Of a stretch of DNA of 64,000 bases, positions 48,866-61,311 are shown in pieces (positions within the stretch are counted from its first letter, which is position 1; every line of letters begins with the position of its first letter). Source of the DNA: Cenarchaeum sp. (lineage in GTDB: Archaea; Thermoproteota; Nitrososphaeria; Nitrososphaerales; Nitrosopumilaceae). The stretch spans positions 800,001 to 864,000 of the forward strand of contig CBDESU010000002.1 of the NCBI GenBank assembly GCA_965242695.1, in the 5' to 3' direction. The notes beneath the pieces are model-generated. The model was not told where the DNA came from. It saw only the letters and a program-made list of their open reading frames with translations, and searched no databases. Both the position numbers and the translations under genes were made by a program.

Positions 48866-49375
48866 GTGGGCATCGAGCAGGCCGTCATCACATGGGTGCA
48901 CCTCGTCTCGGCGGCCATCTGGGTCGGAGGCGGCCTGTTCCTGGGCGTCGTCCTCGCGCCCGTTCTGAGGCGCACGTCGATGCCGCTGCACGAGCGGATA
49001 GGCCTCATGGTCCGCGTCGGGAGGCGCTTCAACCGCATCGCCGTCCCGTCCCTGGTCGTGCTGATCGGGACGGGCCTGTACAGCGCGCACGGCATCCTGG
49101 GGCGCCCCGACCTGCTGCTCGAGAGCAGCTACGGGACGTTCCTTGTCATCAAGATGGCCCTTGTCGCCGCCGTCATTGCCGCCTTTGTCGTGCACGTGCG
49201 GGTGGTCGGGGGAGGCGTCGACGAGAGGATCGCGTCGGGCGAGATGACCGACGGCGAGGTGCGCCGCCTGCGCCGCCGCATAATCATACTAGGCGAGGTC
49301 GTCACGGTCCTGTCCGTGGCCATACTGTTCATGGCTGCCCTGCTAGACTCTGGCTTTAGCCCGACCCGTCTATGA
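48866..49375 (+). CDS. CopD-family copper resistance membrane protein
   Basis: WVHLVSAAIWVGG, RF, TGLY, YG..L.IK. Confidence 0.82.
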   Translation: MGIEQAVITWVHLVSAAIWVGGGLFLGVVLAPVLRRTSMPLHERIGLMVRVGRRFNRIAVPSLVVLIGTGLYSAHGILGRPDLLLESSYGTFLVIKMALVAAVIAAFVVHVRVVGGGVDERIASGEMTDGEVRRLRRRIIILGEVVTVLSVAILFMAALLDSGFSPTRL

Positions 49376-50462
49376 TGACCTCGTAGGCGCCGCCCCCCGT
49401 GCGGCCCGCGCCGTACCTGCAGCCGGTCATGTCGGCGGCGACGCGCAGGTTCGTCTCCAGGTGGCCGGTGATCACTGGGGCCACGAGCCTGGACCTGCCG
49501 CGGGCCAGGGCCGCCGGCACGACGAGCATGTCGGCCAGGTTGGCGTCGGCGCCGATGCCTGGGGCCGAAAAGCGCTCTGCCATGCCGTCTGCGTCAAAGC
49601 CGCCCTTCCTGTACAGCGAGTCGGCGCCGACGACCGACCCCGCGTCGGCCGCGAACGCGACCGCCGCGGCCCCGCCCCTTCTCCTGCTCCGATGCCGGCC
49701 GGGCCGCGGCCCTGCCTGGCCCTCCCCCTCCTGCAGTTCCTCCTCTTCTTCTACCTCCCTCTCCCATCCGGGTTCCACGGGGCAGCCGGCCTCCTCGAGC
49801 CTGCCGGCGACCCTGCCTAGCGATTCGCGCACGCGACCTGCCGGCAGGCCCGCGTGAGAGCAGTGCAGCGTAGCGCGCATCGAATGGCGTCCTGGCAGCG
49901 ATGCCGCCCGCGGCCGCCCGCCCTCGCACGCCTCGATCGCAGCGCGGACGATGCCGCCGCCCTCTGGATAGTACCCGCGCCTCTCGACTTCCATCGAAAA
50001 CTTGATGCCCATTCGCGAGAGCGCCTCGCGCAGCGCAAGCGACGTGTAGCCGGCCGTCGGGCTCCACGCCACGTCCGTCCCGCCGGTCAGCACGGCCTCG
50101 AGCGGGCGGCCGCGCAGCGAGGCTGCGACCGCAAGGGCCGACAGGATCAGCGTCGTGCTGCCGGCGGTGCCCACGTCGCACCGGATCCTGTTGCCTGCAT
50201 GTTTGCCGCCCTCCCCCGCCCCGCCTGGCTCGAACCGCATCTCGGTCGAGCCCACCCGAACGCCGCTCGTCCGGGCCCCGCACACGGCGGCCAGGGCAGA
50301 GGCGGCCGCGACATGCTGCGCCCTCATGCCCGGGTTGGGGCGGCCGGCCCTGATCCTGTCGATCCTCACGGGCCTGCCCGTAACGCACGACACGGTCAGC
50401 GCCGTGCGGAGTATCTGCCCGCCCCCCTCGCCGGCCGAGCCGTCGATTGCGGCCTCCTCCAT
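49356..50462 (-). CDS. rtcA: RNA 3'-terminal phosphate cyclase
   Basis: IDGS.GEGGGQILR, GGTD, RGYYPEGGG, LAD, TGHLETN. Confidence 0.92.
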   Translation of the reverse strand: MEEAAIDGSAGEGGGQILRTALTVSCVTGRPVRIDRIRAGRPNPGMRAQHVAAASALAAVCGARTSGVRVGSTEMRFEPGGAGEGGKHAGNRIRCDVGTAGSTTLILSALAVAASLRGRPLEAVLTGGTDVAWSPTAGYTSLALREALSRMGIKFSMEVERRGYYPEGGGIVRAAIEACEGGRPRAASLPGRHSMRATLHCSHAGLPAGRVRESLGRVAGRLEEAGCPVEPGWEREVEEEEELQEGEGQAGPRPGRHRSRRRGGAAAVAFAADAGSVVGADSLYRKGGFDADGMAERFSAPGIGADANLADMLVVPAALARGRSRLVAPVITGHLETNLRVAADMTGCRYGAGRTGGGAYEVIIDGSG

Positions 50463-50525
50463 GCCTCCCCCGCCTCCCGCGCGCCGTTATGATGGTTTTT
50501 AGCCGGATGCCGCCCGTTCGGCGCG

Positions 50526-51041
50526 ATGGACGACGGGGTCCTTGTCGGCCGCTTCCAGCCGCTCCACCTCGGGCACCTCGAGGCGTTCGCGTTCGCCCTG
50601 TCCAAGGCGCGCATGCTCTGGCTCGGCATAGGCAGCTCGAACCGCCCGCCCGACGCGGACAACCCGTTCACGGCGGCCGAGCGCGAGCGGATGGTCTCGC
50701 TGTCGCTGCCGCCGGCCCTGGCCGGGCGCATCCGCACGTACCGCATACCCGACTTTGGGGACCACCGCCTGTGGGCCGAGCACATCGACCGGACCGTCCC
50801 GCCGTACGGCCTCATATTCACCAACGACGGGGCCACGGCCGCCGCGTACGGCCCGAGGACGGCAAGGGCCGTGCCGGTCCCGCACGTGCGGCGCGGGTCG
50901 CTGTCGGGGACCAACGTGCGCCGCCTCGTAAGGGAGGGCGGCGAGCGGGCGTGCGCAGGCCTGGTCCCCGCCGGCACCCTGTCCGTCCTAGAGTCGGTCG
51001 GGGCGGCGGCCCGCCTCCGCTCGCTCGCCGTAGGGTTATAA
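50526..51041 (+). CDS. Nicotinamide-nucleotide adenylyltransferase
   Basis: GRFQPLHLGH, NPFT..ER, SGT.VR. Confidence 0.9.
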   Translation: MDDGVLVGRFQPLHLGHLEAFAFALSKARMLWLGIGSSNRPPDADNPFTAAERERMVSLSLPPALAGRIRTYRIPDFGDHRLWAEHIDRTVPPYGLIFTNDGATAAAYGPRTARAVPVPHVRRGSLSGTNVRRLVREGGERACAGLVPAGTLSVLESVGAAARLRSLAVGL

Positions 51042-51071
51042 GTGCGGGCGGCGCCGACCGGATCGACCGGA

Positions 51072-52217
51072 ATGGAGTACCTCTCGATGCTGCCCGGCCC
51101 GACGAACGTGCCAAACCGCGTCATGCGGGCCATGCTCGCCCCCATAATCAACCACCGCAGCGACGACTTTGTAGAGCTGTACACCGATGTCGTCTCAAAG
51201 ACGCAGCGGGTCTTCGAGACGTCCGGCGATATCGTCGCCCTGTCGGCGTCCGGCACGGGGGCCGTCGAGGCCGGCGTCGTCAACATGGTCAAAAAGGGCG
51301 ACAAGGTCATCGTGCCGGTCAACGGCGAGTTCAGCGGCCGCCTGGCCACGCTCATCGAGTGGCAGGGCGCAAACGTGGTGAGGCTGGAGACGCCGCCCGG
51401 CACGAACGCGACGCTGGACCAGGTGCGCGAGGCGTTCGACAACAACCCCGACGTGCGGGCGTTCTACGTCGTCCACAACGAGACGTCGACCGGGACGATG
51501 GTGAGCTACCTGGACAGGATATCCGACCTCGTGTCGCGCAACGACGCGTTCTACGTCGTCGACTCGGTCTCGCTGCTCGGCGGCGCGCCGCTGCGCGTCG
51601 ACAAGTGGGGCATCGACGTGTGCATGACCGGCGCGCAAAAGGCGATCGCCGCCCCGCCGGGCATATCGCCCATATCGGTCAGCCCGAGGGCCAAGCGGCA
51701 CATGATCGAAAACCCGCCGAACACGATGTACCTAAACCTGGCGCGCTACTTCAAGTACTACGAGGAGTCGAGGCACACGCCGTTCACGCCGTCCCTCCCG
51801 CTCATGTACGCCTACCGCGAGGCCCTCGACATCCTGCTCGAGGAGGGGCTGGAGAACGCGTTCCGCCGGCACAGGGCGTGCTCGGACGCCCTGTACACCG
51901 GCCTGAGCGCCATCGGGCTGACGCCGTTTGCAAAGGAGGAGGACAGGTCGATCTCGATAGTCGCGCTCAACTACCTCGAGGGGCTCGACGACAAGACGTT
52001 TCGGGGCACGCTTGCGGACCGGTTCAAGGTGCTCGTGGCCGGCGGGTTCGGCAGCCTCAAGGGCAGGGTGTTCCGGGTCGGCTGCATGGGCGAGGTCGGC
52101 GAGTACCACGTAATGAGGACGATATCGTCGATTGCATCGACGCTCGCCATGATGGGGTTCGAGGCCGACGCGCGCGCCGGCCTCGGCGCCGCGGCGGAGC
52201 GGCTCGGGAGCGCCTGA
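51072..52217 (+). CDS. Class V PLP aminotransferase (alanine-glyoxylate/serine-pyruvate type)
   Basis: PGPT, HNETSTG, VDSVS, GAQK. Confidence 0.93.
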   Translation: MEYLSMLPGPTNVPNRVMRAMLAPIINHRSDDFVELYTDVVSKTQRVFETSGDIVALSASGTGAVEAGVVNMVKKGDKVIVPVNGEFSGRLATLIEWQGANVVRLETPPGTNATLDQVREAFDNNPDVRAFYVVHNETSTGTMVSYLDRISDLVSRNDAFYVVDSVSLLGGAPLRVDKWGIDVCMTGAQKAIAAPPGISPISVSPRAKRHMIENPPNTMYLNLARYFKYYEESRHTPFTPSLPLMYAYREALDILLEEGLENAFRRHRACSDALYTGLSAIGLTPFAKEEDRSISIVALNYLEGLDDKTFRGTLADRFKVLVAGGFGSLKGRVFRVGCMGEVGEYHVMRTISSIASTLAMMGFEADARAGLGAAAERLGSA

Positions 52218-52277
52218 TCCCCTCCCCCCGCCCCAGGCCCGCCTATCTTAAAATAGCCGCCCGCGGCGGCCGCGCCG

Positions 52278-53804
<1,527 letters not shown>

Positions 53805-53955
53805 TTCGATCTTTGTCCAAGATCGGCTGGGTGTGGACGGCCCGGCTGTTGTACGCTCCTTGGCCGCCTGCACAGCGCGGCCAGCCCCGTCTTGGCGGCG
53901 GCCGGCGGCCGGCATACCCGCCTTCCTGCCATGAGCCGCCCAAGGCCGCCCGACT

Positions 53956-54603
53956 ATGACCCTGTGGCATGGCCGTCCCTCTTCCTGCGTGCGTACGTGC
54001 TGGCGGGGCTTGTCGAGTCGTACACTGTGGCTACGGCAGGGGCGGGCCTGGATTTTGCCGCCGAGAGGGGAGTACAGAACCTTGGCCGCTGGCCGGCGCG
54101 GCGCCGCCGGCAGCCGGCGCGGCTCTGTCGGCGCGCTGCGCGCCCGCGCGCGCCCCGCCTTCGCGGCCTGCCGCGATTATCGCACAGGATATCCGATTTT
54201 AGCCGACCCCGCGGGTCAAGTACCACTCCGGCCACAGGGTGGCAAGAGGCACGAACCGGTCTCGCACAAGGAGCTGGACGATGCCATAGAAGCGATACGG
54301 CACATGCCGCGCCTACGCATATTTGCGGTCAAGGCGGAGCTGGTGGAGCAGGAAAAGGAGCACAGGGACATCAGGCAGGAGGCACTCGTGGCGATATTCG
54401 GGGCCGACCAGCGCATTCTCCTGATATGGACGGGGTGGCTCAAGGAAGAGGGCATCGAGGGCCTCAGGATGCGCGGCGGCCAGGGGCGCAAGCCGTCCGT
54501 GCCCTGCGAGGGCACGGAAAAGGCGATCAAGAATAGGCGGCGGGCGGGACGCCTGGCGCCGCGCGAAAAAAAGACGCTCGCGGCCGGGGCCCGAATGAGC
54601 TAG
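53956..54603 (+). pseudogene. IS630-derived HTH fragment (start uncertain, truncated before the wHTH)
   Basis: IFG....L..W....KEEGIEGLR...GQGRKP; aligns by eye with the 26947 and 63555 proteins. Confidence 0.5.
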
Positions 54604-55781
54604 ACCACGCCCGTGCTCTTTGCAAGCTCGAGGGCCTTTCCCTTTGTCATTGCCGCCTCGCTCAGGATCGTGTACCTCTCGGGCCGCAGCGACTGCGCCA
54701 CGGCCATTGCCTCGGCCAGGCTCCCGCCGGACAGCCCGATCTGGCGCGCCGTCGTCGGCGCGCCGCACATGCCAAGGGCCCGCCGGACGCCCCTCCAGTC
54801 CTGCCCCTGCAGCTTTGCCATCATTATGGCGCCGATGCCGCACTTTTCGCCGTGCAGGCCGGCGCGCGGCTCGATCCGGTCCAGCGCGTGCGATATCAGG
54901 TGCTCGGCGCCCGAGCACGGCCTGCTGCTGCCCGCTATGCACGAGGCGACGCCGGCGCTGATGAGCGCCTCTACGATGATCCTCGCGTCGGGCCCGTCGC
55001 GCGCGAACGACTCGGCGCTCTCCATTACGATGCGGGCGCTCATCAGGGCCAGGCTGGCGGCGTACCTGCCGTAGTACTCGCCCGTCCGGTCGCGGCCGAT
55101 CTCCCAGTCGCGCACCGCGATGATGTTGGCGATCAGGTCGCCGCAGCCGCTCGCAAGGAGCCTTGCCGGCGCGCCCTCGATGACGTCGATGTCGACGTAT
55201 ATGCCGAGCGGCGCCGATGCTACGACCGAGTGCGGCCGCCCGCCGCCCCTGACCGAGACGAACGGGCTCGCTATGCCGTCGTGCGAGGCGGCCGTCGGGA
55301 CGCTCACGAACGGCATGCCAAGCCCGAACGCGGCCATCTTTGCGGCGTCGACCGACCTGCCTCCCCCGACCCCGACGACGAGCGAGCCGCCGGCGTCCGC
55401 TATGCTCCTCCGCAGGCGCGCAATCGACCTGGCGCTGCCGCTGCCCGTCCGGTGCCACGCGCTCGCAATGCCGGCCTCGCCGAGCGACTCGCCGATGCGG
55501 CCGCCGACCTCCTTTTTCACGCGGGGCCCGCACACGACCGAGACGGAGGGCCGCTGCCGTCGCGCCCCCCTCCCCCCCCTGCCGCCTCCGCCGATCAGAG
55601 ACCCTAGGAAGGGCCCCAGGCCGCCGAGGTTGCCGCGCCCGACCGCTATGAGGCGAGGGAGCTCCATCATGTGCGACGGCTCGGCGGCGCCAGGCGCGGC
55701 GCCAGGCGCGGCGCCAGGGGTGCCCTTCGCGCCCCGCGCCCCCCTCTTCGCGCCCCTGCCGGCCCCCTTGACGCCTGCCAC
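54600..55781 (-). CDS. egsA: sn-glycerol-1-phosphate dehydrogenase
   Basis: GGGRSVDAAK, PTAASHDGIASP, SRPCSGAEHLISHALD, LHGE. Confidence 0.95.
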   Translation of the reverse strand: MAGVKGAGRGAKRGARGAKGTPGAAPGAAPGAAEPSHMMELPRLIAVGRGNLGGLGPFLGSLIGGGGRGGRGARRQRPSVSVVCGPRVKKEVGGRIGESLGEAGIASAWHRTGSGSARSIARLRRSIADAGGSLVVGVGGGRSVDAAKMAAFGLGMPFVSVPTAASHDGIASPFVSVRGGGRPHSVVASAPLGIYVDIDVIEGAPARLLASGCGDLIANIIAVRDWEIGRDRTGEYYGRYAASLALMSARIVMESAESFARDGPDARIIVEALISAGVASCIAGSSRPCSGAEHLISHALDRIEPRAGLHGEKCGIGAIMMAKLQGQDWRGVRRALGMCGAPTTARQIGLSGGSLAEAMAVAQSLRPERYTILSEAAMTKGKALELAKSTGVV

Positions 55782-55847
55782 GCCGCGAGGGGCCGGACAA
55801 GTTATTTAAAAGGGTGGCCGCTCGGCGGCCCATCTAGGTGGCAGTTT

Positions 55848-56483
55848 TTGGCCGGGACAAGGGTAGAGGAGAAGATACTGCACGGGACGACCACGGTCGG
55901 CATCAAGGCGGCCGACGGGGTCGTGCTGTGCGCCGACATGAGGGCGAGCGCCGGCTACTTTATCGCCAACAACAACACGATGAAGATCCAGCAGGTCGAC
56001 GACCACGCGGGCCTCACGCTCGCCGGCGGCGTGGCCGACGCGCAGAACATCGTCGACATCCTGCGGTACCACGCCGGCCTGCACCGCATACAGAGGCGCC
56101 GCTCGATCCCCGTCAGGTCGCTCGCGCGCCTCACGTCGCTCATATTCCACCAGAACAGGGGCTACCCGTTCATAGCCGACATACTCATGGCCGGCTACGA
56201 CGGGGACGGCCCCGCACTGTTCAACATCGACATGTTCGGCTCGGTCGAGGAAAAGTCGTACGTCACGACGGGCAGCGGCTCGCCCGTCGCGTACGGGGCC
56301 CTCGAGGAGGGCTACTCGGACGGCCTCGGCATCGACGATGCAAAGGCGCTCGCCATGCGCGCCGTCAAGGCCGCGATCCTAAGGAACAGCGGCACGGGCG
56401 ACGGCATAAACACGGCCATAATAGACTCGGGCGGGTTCCGCCTGCTCGTCGGCGAGCGAAAAAAGGCCGTCATCCCCCTGTAG
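55848..56483 (+). CDS. psmB: Proteasome beta subunit
   Basis: HG-TTTVG propeptide cleavage site, GSGS, GDG. Confidence 0.95.
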   Translation: MAGTRVEEKILHGTTTVGIKAADGVVLCADMRASAGYFIANNNTMKIQQVDDHAGLTLAGGVADAQNIVDILRYHAGLHRIQRRRSIPVRSLARLTSLIFHQNRGYPFIADILMAGYDGDGPALFNIDMFGSVEEKSYVTTGSGSPVAYGALEEGYSDGLGIDDAKALAMRAVKAAILRNSGTGDGINTAIIDSGGFRLLVGERKKAVIPL

Positions 56484-56490
56484 TGATCAG

Positions 56491-58482
56491 ATGCAGCGCA
56501 GACACCAGCAGCAGCGGCCAAGGCAGCGGCAGCAGCAGCACCAGCAGAACCGAGGGCGGCCGCGCCGGGAGCCAAAGTCCAACCAGAGCATAATGGCCGT
56601 CATACTCAGGAACATATCAAAGGAGGCGGCCGTCACGAAGATCGAGTACGAGGGGCCGCGCATCGCGCTGTACACCAGCGCGCCGCGCCACCTCCTCGAG
56701 AACGGCGACCTCGTCGCCGCCCTCGTCAACACGATCAAGAAGAGGATTGTCGTGCGCACCGACCCGTCGGCGCGCAAGCCCGAGGACGAGGCGCGCAAGA
56801 TACTCGCCGAGATGGCGCCGGCCGACGCCGGCGTGCAGAACACCGTATTCGACGAGGCCACGGGCGAGGTCTCGGTCGAGGCCAAGAGGCCGTGGCTGCT
56901 TCAGCGAAACTCGTCGGGGTTTGGGCACGCAGAGGCGGCCGAGCGGACCGGATGGATACCGCGGATACGCAAGGCCCCGACTAGCCAGTCGAGCACGATG
57001 CAGGCGATAAACTACGCGCTGCGAATATCGGCGGCCGAGCGGGCAAAGCAGCTGCGGCAGATCGGCGACGACATATTCCGGCCCCGCCTCGGGGGGCGCT
57101 CCGAGGTCTCGCTCACGACGCTCGGCGGGTTCGGGCAGGTCGGCCGCTCGTGCATGCTGCTCTCTACGCAGGAGAGCAAGGTGCTCATCGACTGCGGCGT
57201 CAACCCGGGCGCGTCCGGACCGTCCGAGACGTACCCCCGCCTGGACTGGGCCGGAATCACGCTCGACGAGCTGGACGCCGTCGTCATCGGGCACGCGCAC
57301 CTGGACCACACGGGGTTTCTGCCCGTCCTGTGCAAGTACGGGTACAGGGGGCCCGTGTACTGCACCGAGCCGACCCTGCCGATGATGAACCTCATACAGC
57401 TCGACGCCATAAAGGTCGTCACGGCGCAGGGCAGGGCCCCCGTGTACGCCGAGCGCGACGTCCGGCAGATCATGAGGCAGGCGATCACGCTCCCGTACGG
57501 GACAGTCACGGACATCTCGCCGGACATCAAGCTGGTGTTCGCCAACGCCGGCCACATACTCGGGTCGGCCCTGTGCCACTTCCACATCGGCAGCGGCGAC
57601 CACAACTTCGTCTACTCAGGCGACATAAAGTTCGGCAAGAGCATACTCTTCGAGGCGGCGGCGAGCAACTTTCCTCGCGCCGAGACGCTGCTCATCGAGA
57701 GCACGTACGGGGCAAAGGAGGACATACAGCCGTCCCGGCAGGAGGTCGAGTCGGCGTTCACGCGGGCCGTCAACGGGACGCTCAGGGGCGGCGGCAAGGT
57801 CCTCATACCGATACCGGCAGTCGGCAGGGCGCAGGAGATCATGATGGTCATAGACCACTACATGAAGTCCGGCGCGATGGTAGAGGCGCCCGTGTTCACC
57901 GAGGGGATGATCTCCGAGGCGTCGGCCATACACGAGGCGCACCCCGAGTACCTCGCAAGGTCGCTGCGCCAAAAGATACTAGAGACCGACGACAACCCGT
58001 TCGACTCGGAGTACTTTACAAACGTAGAGAGGTCCGACGGCAGGGAAGAGGCGCTGCGCGAGGGCTCGCCGTGCATCATACTCGCCACGTCGGGAATGCT
58101 CGAGGGGGGCCCCGTCCTGGAGTACTTTAGGAACATCGCCCCCGACGACAACAACAAGATGCTGTTCGTCTCGTACCAGGTGAACGGCACGCTCGGCCGG
58201 CGCGTACTCGACGGCGCCCGGCAGGTGTCCATGCTCGGGAGGGACGGCAAGGTCGAGGTCGTCACGATAAACTGCGGGATCGAAAAGCTCGACGGGTTCA
58301 GCGGCCACAGCGACTACAACCAGCTGCTAGAGTTCGTCAGGAGGCTGCGGCCAAAGCTTCGGCGCGTCCTCGTAAACCACGGCGAGAGGCGCAAGAGCGA
58401 GAACCTCGCCGGCGCCATACGGCGCATGTACAAGCTGCCGGCGCAGTACCCACAGGTGCAGGAGTCGGTGCGGCTGTTCTGA
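56491..58482 (+). CDS. aCPSF1/FttA beta-CASP ribonuclease (KH-MBL-beta-CASP)
   Basis: KH N-terminus, HAHLDH, AGHILGS, GRAQE, FSGHSD, NHGE; downstream of psmB. Confidence 0.95.
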   Translation: MQRRHQQQRPRQRQQQHQQNRGRPRREPKSNQSIMAVILRNISKEAAVTKIEYEGPRIALYTSAPRHLLENGDLVAALVNTIKKRIVVRTDPSARKPEDEARKILAEMAPADAGVQNTVFDEATGEVSVEAKRPWLLQRNSSGFGHAEAAERTGWIPRIRKAPTSQSSTMQAINYALRISAAERAKQLRQIGDDIFRPRLGGRSEVSLTTLGGFGQVGRSCMLLSTQESKVLIDCGVNPGASGPSETYPRLDWAGITLDELDAVVIGHAHLDHTGFLPVLCKYGYRGPVYCTEPTLPMMNLIQLDAIKVVTAQGRAPVYAERDVRQIMRQAITLPYGTVTDISPDIKLVFANAGHILGSALCHFHIGSGDHNFVYSGDIKFGKSILFEAAASNFPRAETLLIESTYGAKEDIQPSRQEVESAFTRAVNGTLRGGGKVLIPIPAVGRAQEIMMVIDHYMKSGAMVEAPVFTEGMISEASAIHEAHPEYLARSLRQKILETDDNPFDSEYFTNVERSDGREEALREGSPCIILATSGMLEGGPVLEYFRNIAPDDNNKMLFVSYQVNGTLGRRVLDGARQVSMLGRDGKVEVVTINCGIEKLDGFSGHSDYNQLLEFVRRLRPKLRRVLVNHGERRKSENLAGAIRRMYKLPAQYPQVQESVRLF

Positions 58483-58503
58483 GAGGGCCGCGAGCAGGAC
58501 GAG

Positions 58504-58782
58504 CTACTTCAGCCCGTACTCGGGCTTCCAGATCTTTACGCTGGAGGGCGAGACGATGATGCGCTCCTCGCCGAGGCGCGCAATGTCGGCGTCGTGGGTC
58601 TTGGCGAGCTCGTACAGGTCCTCGACGACCTTGCGCAGCGCGTCGACGTCCTTCTGGGCTAGCGGCGTGACCCTGAGGATCAGCAGCATGCCGCGCTTTA
58701 TGTCCTCCTTGATGGCGTGGACGTCGCTCGGGTCGCGCACGGTCATGGCCTTGAGGTACGTGACGGTCTCGTGCTTTTGCAT
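58504..58782 (-). CDS. sepF: Cell division protein SepF
   Basis: I.EDIK.G..LILRV..L...V..L...DIA.LGE..IIVSP..VKI. Confidence 0.8.
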   Translation of the reverse strand: MQKHETVTYLKAMTVRDPSDVHAIKEDIKRGMLLILRVTPLAQKDVDALRKVVEDLYELAKTHDADIARLGEERIIVSPSSVKIWKPEYGLK

Positions 58783-58843
58783 GCGCCCCGTGTGCGATCG
58801 GGTTACTCTAAAACCATTCTATTTGAGCGGCCGGATTCCACGC

Positions 58844-59953
58844 CTAGGCGAGCCTGTAGAGGCCGAATGCCTCGTCATCGGCCGCCGCGGCGACGACCTC
58901 TGTTTCCACTGTAAGCGACTCGCCGTCCCCCCCGGCCCCGTCGCGCACCGCCACGGCGCAGTCCTGGCCTGCCGGCGCGTCCGAGTACCTGACGGTCACG
59001 GCGGCGGCGAGCTCGACGTGCCTGGATGCGGGGCCGGTCCCAGAGTCCTCGGCGGCCCCGCGCACGCGCAGCATCGAGGTGGGGCCCATGTGGCCCTTCG
59101 CCTCGAGCAGGGTGTCGCCGGGCAGGGCGAGCGACCGTATCACCGCGTTCTCGTCGCGGTTGCGGCCGACGACGAGCTTTGTCGAGTCGTCGAGCCTAAA
59201 GTGCCGCCCGACCTTTAGCAGGTCGATGTCGTTGATGGTCGGATCCTCGACGTGCGCGAACAGGTCCTTTGCGCGCCTCCCGAACGCGGGGTCGGTCAGC
59301 AGGCACCCGCCGCCGGCGTTTGGGGGATCTACAATGCCGTACTCGGACGCCATCGCAAGCTGCTTTCTGCGGCTGCGGCCGCGTATAGTGCCGAGGTCCT
59401 CGCGGCGTATCAGCCCGTCCCGCTCGGGGCCCGTCTTTGGGAGCAGGGCCGCCGAGAGGGGGCGGACGATCTTGCCGTCCAGGCCCGACTCGCGCTCGAT
59501 CGTGCGCAACGCCGGCCCGTGCTGGCTCATCGGGCGCTGCCCGAGCACCTCGCCGGATATGATGAACTCGGCGCCGATCTCGTCCATGCGCTTCTTTGCC
59601 GCCTCGAACATCATCGCGCGGCAGTCGATGCACGGGTTCATGCCGGCCCCGAAGCCGTGCTTTGGGCTCTTTAGCATCTCGATGTACTCGTCGCCCAGGT
59701 AGACGGTCTTGAGGTCGACTCCGAGCTCTTCGGCGCGGCCGCGTATCTCAAAGCCGCACCCCCTCCCGCAGTCAAAGTCGCAGAACGGGGTCTTGATGGC
59801 GACGGCCGAGACGTCGAACCCCTGCCTCTGCATCATGCGGACGGCGAGCTGGCTGTCCAGGCCGCCGGAGAGGAGCGCGACGACCTTTTTCTTGCCCGGC
59901 TCGCCGGCGCCGTCTCCTGCGCTCGCCGCGCCAGCTTCCGCCCCGCCGTCCAT
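58844..59953 (-). CDS. PP-loop tRNA sulfurtransferase (ThiI/MnmA-like, DUF814-associated)
   Basis: LLSGGLDS, NPCIDC, GEVLGQRPMSQ, PNAGGGCLLT, GRHFR. Confidence 0.85.
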   Translation of the reverse strand: MDGGAEAGAASAGDGAGEPGKKKVVALLSGGLDSQLAVRMMQRQGFDVSAVAIKTPFCDFDCGRGCGFEIRGRAEELGVDLKTVYLGDEYIEMLKSPKHGFGAGMNPCIDCRAMMFEAAKKRMDEIGAEFIISGEVLGQRPMSQHGPALRTIERESGLDGKIVRPLSAALLPKTGPERDGLIRREDLGTIRGRSRRKQLAMASEYGIVDPPNAGGGCLLTDPAFGRRAKDLFAHVEDPTINDIDLLKVGRHFRLDDSTKLVVGRNRDENAVIRSLALPGDTLLEAKGHMGPTSMLRVRGAAEDSGTGPASRHVELAAAVTVRYSDAPAGQDCAVAVRDGAGGDGESLTVETEVVAAAADDEAFGLYRLA

Positions 59954-60046
59954 GGGGGCGCCGCGGCAGTGCGATATACAAACCCTACGGGCGCGGCGCG
60001 CAGCGCCCCTCCGCGTCCTCTCCCCGCAGCCGGCTGGGGCGGCGCC

Positions 60047-60253
60047 CTAGAGCAGCCTGGCCTCGCCCCAGTGATGCCCGCAGTCGTGGCAGGTCTGGGC
60101 GGGGTTTTCGGGGCCAACGCAGCAGCCGCCAAGAACCATGCGCCCCTCTTCAAGCTCCTTCTCCAGCTCCTTGTCCATCAAGACGTACCCGTAGATGATC
60201 GAGGCGACGTTCCTGCCCTTGCAGCGTGGGCACGTCTTGCGCAGCCTGGCCAT
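60047..60253 (-). CDS. Small zinc-ribbon protein
   Basis: CPRC...IIYG...LGGCC...CHDCG..W. Confidence 0.7.
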   Translation of the reverse strand: MARLRKTCPRCKGRNVASIIYGYVLMDKELEKELEEGRMVLGGCCVGPENPAQTCHDCGHHWGEARLL

Positions 60254-60432
60254 GCGCATGCGCGCGAGCCGCAATATTTAAGGATGTTCTATATAGAATC
60301 GCGTTCTTGGCATCTAGATCTAGGCACGCGGGCGGCGGCCGCTGCACTCAATCCGCATTTGGGCCCGCAGCTGGCTTGGAACGTGTCCGCGCCGTGGGCG
60401 GACATATTAAGACCCTGTCGCGCGGCGGATGC

Positions 60433-61311
60433 GTGGATATACCCCGCGCCGCAATCTGCGCGGCGGCCATGGCGGCGGCAATATCGTCAGTCTCGGCCTA
60501 TGGCGAGGCCCATGCCCAGGCCGAGCTGGTGCCGCCGTGGGTCAAGCAGGTGTTTGCATACTATGTAGACGGCCAGATAGCCGAGTCCGAGCTGCTAGAC
60601 ACCGTTGGCTACCTCATAGAGAAGGGCGTCATCAAAGTCGACTGCGCGTGTGATGCGGGCCAGGTCGCCATGTCGATCACCGGCATAGAGGAGAGAAAGG
60701 CGACAATCAAGACATGGCTGGCCGTCCTTGACAGCGGCGCCGCAAACATGGAGGACTACGCCACGATAGCCGAAGACGACAGCGAGTATATCGAGGAGGT
60801 AGTCGACGAGAACGCCGAGATGCTCAAGGAGATCGAAAGGGCGGCCGCCTACGCGGCGGAGTCTGCGAAGGCGGCGGAAGCGGCGGCCGAGCTCGGACTC
60901 CCCGCCGAGGCGGCGGAAGAGGCCGAGTGGGTCGAGTACTATGCGGAGTATGCCGAGCTCGGCTCCGCCGTGTTCATCGACTTTGCCTACACGCTGGATA
61001 GCGACATAGAAAGGATGGCGTGGCAGATCGGCATTCAGAAGGCATCCCTTGGGCGCATGGCAGAGAACCTGGAGATTCTCAGGCCGCACGAGGCCGCCTA
61101 CGGGGTCGAATTCATAGAGGATTTCGAGGCGCAGATCAAGCGCATAGACGATGCCGTCGAGCGCATAGAGATCGGCATCAAGCGCATGGAGGTGAGCGCT
61201 GAGCGGGCCGCGGAGCAGGCCGAGCGGGCGGAGCAGGCCGAGCGCGCCGTCGCGCTGGCAACCGAGCGCGCCGAGCGCGCCGTCGCGCTGGCCATAGCGG
61301 AGTACGGGTAG
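60433..61311 (+). CDS. Secreted protein with a thaumarchaeal VPxWVK domain and an acidic coiled coil
   Basis: Signal peptide; VPPWVKQVFAYYVDGQI.E.E....V.YLIEKGVI; AERAEQ repeats. Confidence 0.75.
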   Translation: MDIPRAAICAAAMAAAISSVSAYGEAHAQAELVPPWVKQVFAYYVDGQIAESELLDTVGYLIEKGVIKVDCACDAGQVAMSITGIEERKATIKTWLAVLDSGAANMEDYATIAEDDSEYIEEVVDENAEMLKEIERAAAYAAESAKAAEAAAELGLPAEAAEEAEWVEYYAEYAELGSAVFIDFAYTLDSDIERMAWQIGIQKASLGRMAENLEILRPHEAAYGVEFIEDFEAQIKRIDDAVERIEIGIKRMEVSAERAAEQAERAEQAERAVALATERAERAVALAIAEYG